From: Selaginella moellendorffii
Taxonomy: Eukaryota > Plantae > Lycopodiophyta
NCBI RefSeq assembly: GCF_000143415.4
Contig: NW_003314357.1
Coordinates: forward strand, 526,644-590,643
Direction of reading: 5' to 3'
Length of the DNA: 64,000 nucleotides
Part shown: positions 63,157-64,000 of the stretch, piece by piece
Layout of the letters: every line of letters begins with the position of its first letter
Position numbering within the stretch: the stretch's first letter is position 1
Notes under the pieces: generated by a model
Told to the model about the DNA's origin: nothing
Seen by the model: only the letters and a program-made list of their open reading frames with translations
Database searches by the model: none
Position numbers and translations under genes: made by a program

Positions 63157-64000
63157 CTAGCAAAAGTCCCAGCTACGCTGGGAGCATTGTGTTTATTTCT
63201 GATATTTTAATAATTTCAAAGAGTGTAATTTTTAACATAATCATAATTATAAGATATATAGTTAAACATAACATAATATTTATATTAAAAATATCTTCAA
63301 CAATTGACTCCATTACCAACAAACATAAAAACATAATAAATATAACTCAGTACATTATATCATATTTAAAATTCTGATTGTTGACTGAAGTCTTGGATAT
63401 TCTATAAATGGAATTTCTCACTGTGGGATCCCATTCTCAGATGAGTCATTTTTTATTAACTAATTTTTTCTTTTATTTGAAATCTCTATATAAGTGATAA
63501 AAATCTTATTATTTCATGATTTATTAAAATATATAATTTCTCCTCTTAATAAAGTATGTGTTACTTAGGTACACTCAATTATAATGATGTTAAAAATATA
63601 TTTAATATATATTTAAAAACTCACCTAAAGTGCATACATCTTTTAAATTTAAAAAATATAAACATTGTTATAGAGTTTCTCTTTTCATCATTTCAGACTG
63701 AAAGTTTTGGAATTGCATAACAATAAGTGAAAGACGTTAGCTTTATGTGTTATATTTTCTTTTATAAAATTATAATATTTTACATATTTATCATTGATAT
63801 TCCTTTTTTTACCTAATATTTATATTCATGCATTTTGAGAGTAATATTTAAAATAGAAAGTATTCTCTTATATATCATAAACATTATTTCTGTACTTGTT
63901 TTTATAAATCTAAAATAATAATATTATTTATTTTTATTCATGCTTTTATATTTAAAATTAAGGCTTTATAACACTGTTATGAATGCTGAAACTTTATGAT
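63157..64000 (-). mobile_element. 3' end of an AT-rich Helitron extending beyond the window
   Basis: Minus strand reads TCCCAGC-GTA-GCTGGGA (perfect hairpin) CTTTTG CTAG|T, the canonical Helitron 3' terminus; the sequence to its right is very AT-rich. Confidence 0.72.

Overview
Compact, gene-dense land-plant nuclear DNA. Introns are mostly 45-80 nt, there is a PLS-class PPR gene, and telo-boxes mark housekeeping promoters. This most resembles a lycophyte such as Selaginella (inference, not verified). Gene order: GH10 xylanase (5' end outside window), SULTR sulfate transporter, UNC-93-like MFS protein, small secreted protein, TBL acetyltransferase, CYP78A pseudogene, decayed region (11.4-15.3 kb), RLCK kinase, PLS-E PPR, RPL34, PAM18/TIM14, SDA1, kinesin-12 (POK-like), MED31, an AT-rich island with two secreted unknown-domain + bulb-lectin paralogs, LSM6, MSL channel, an orphan glycosylated multipass membrane protein, an EMB2735-like gene, an orphan gene, mitochondrial bL36, fumarase, a small orphan ORF and a CYP85-clan P450. 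The last 10 kb is a Helitron-like tract with three related terminal hairpins and gene fragments (ARP5, RPA1, AAE, PAP). Top finding: the fumarase has no stop at its usual end and reads in frame into a complete proteasome-beta/HslV-like Ntn threonine-protease domain with catalytic-residue equivalents present, a candidate self-cleaving mitochondrial fumarase-protease polyprotein. Also notable: an OSB-type PDF ssDNA-binding motif spliced onto the PPR, and the toxin-like lectin pair. Exon boundaries were read by eye and some are approximate.
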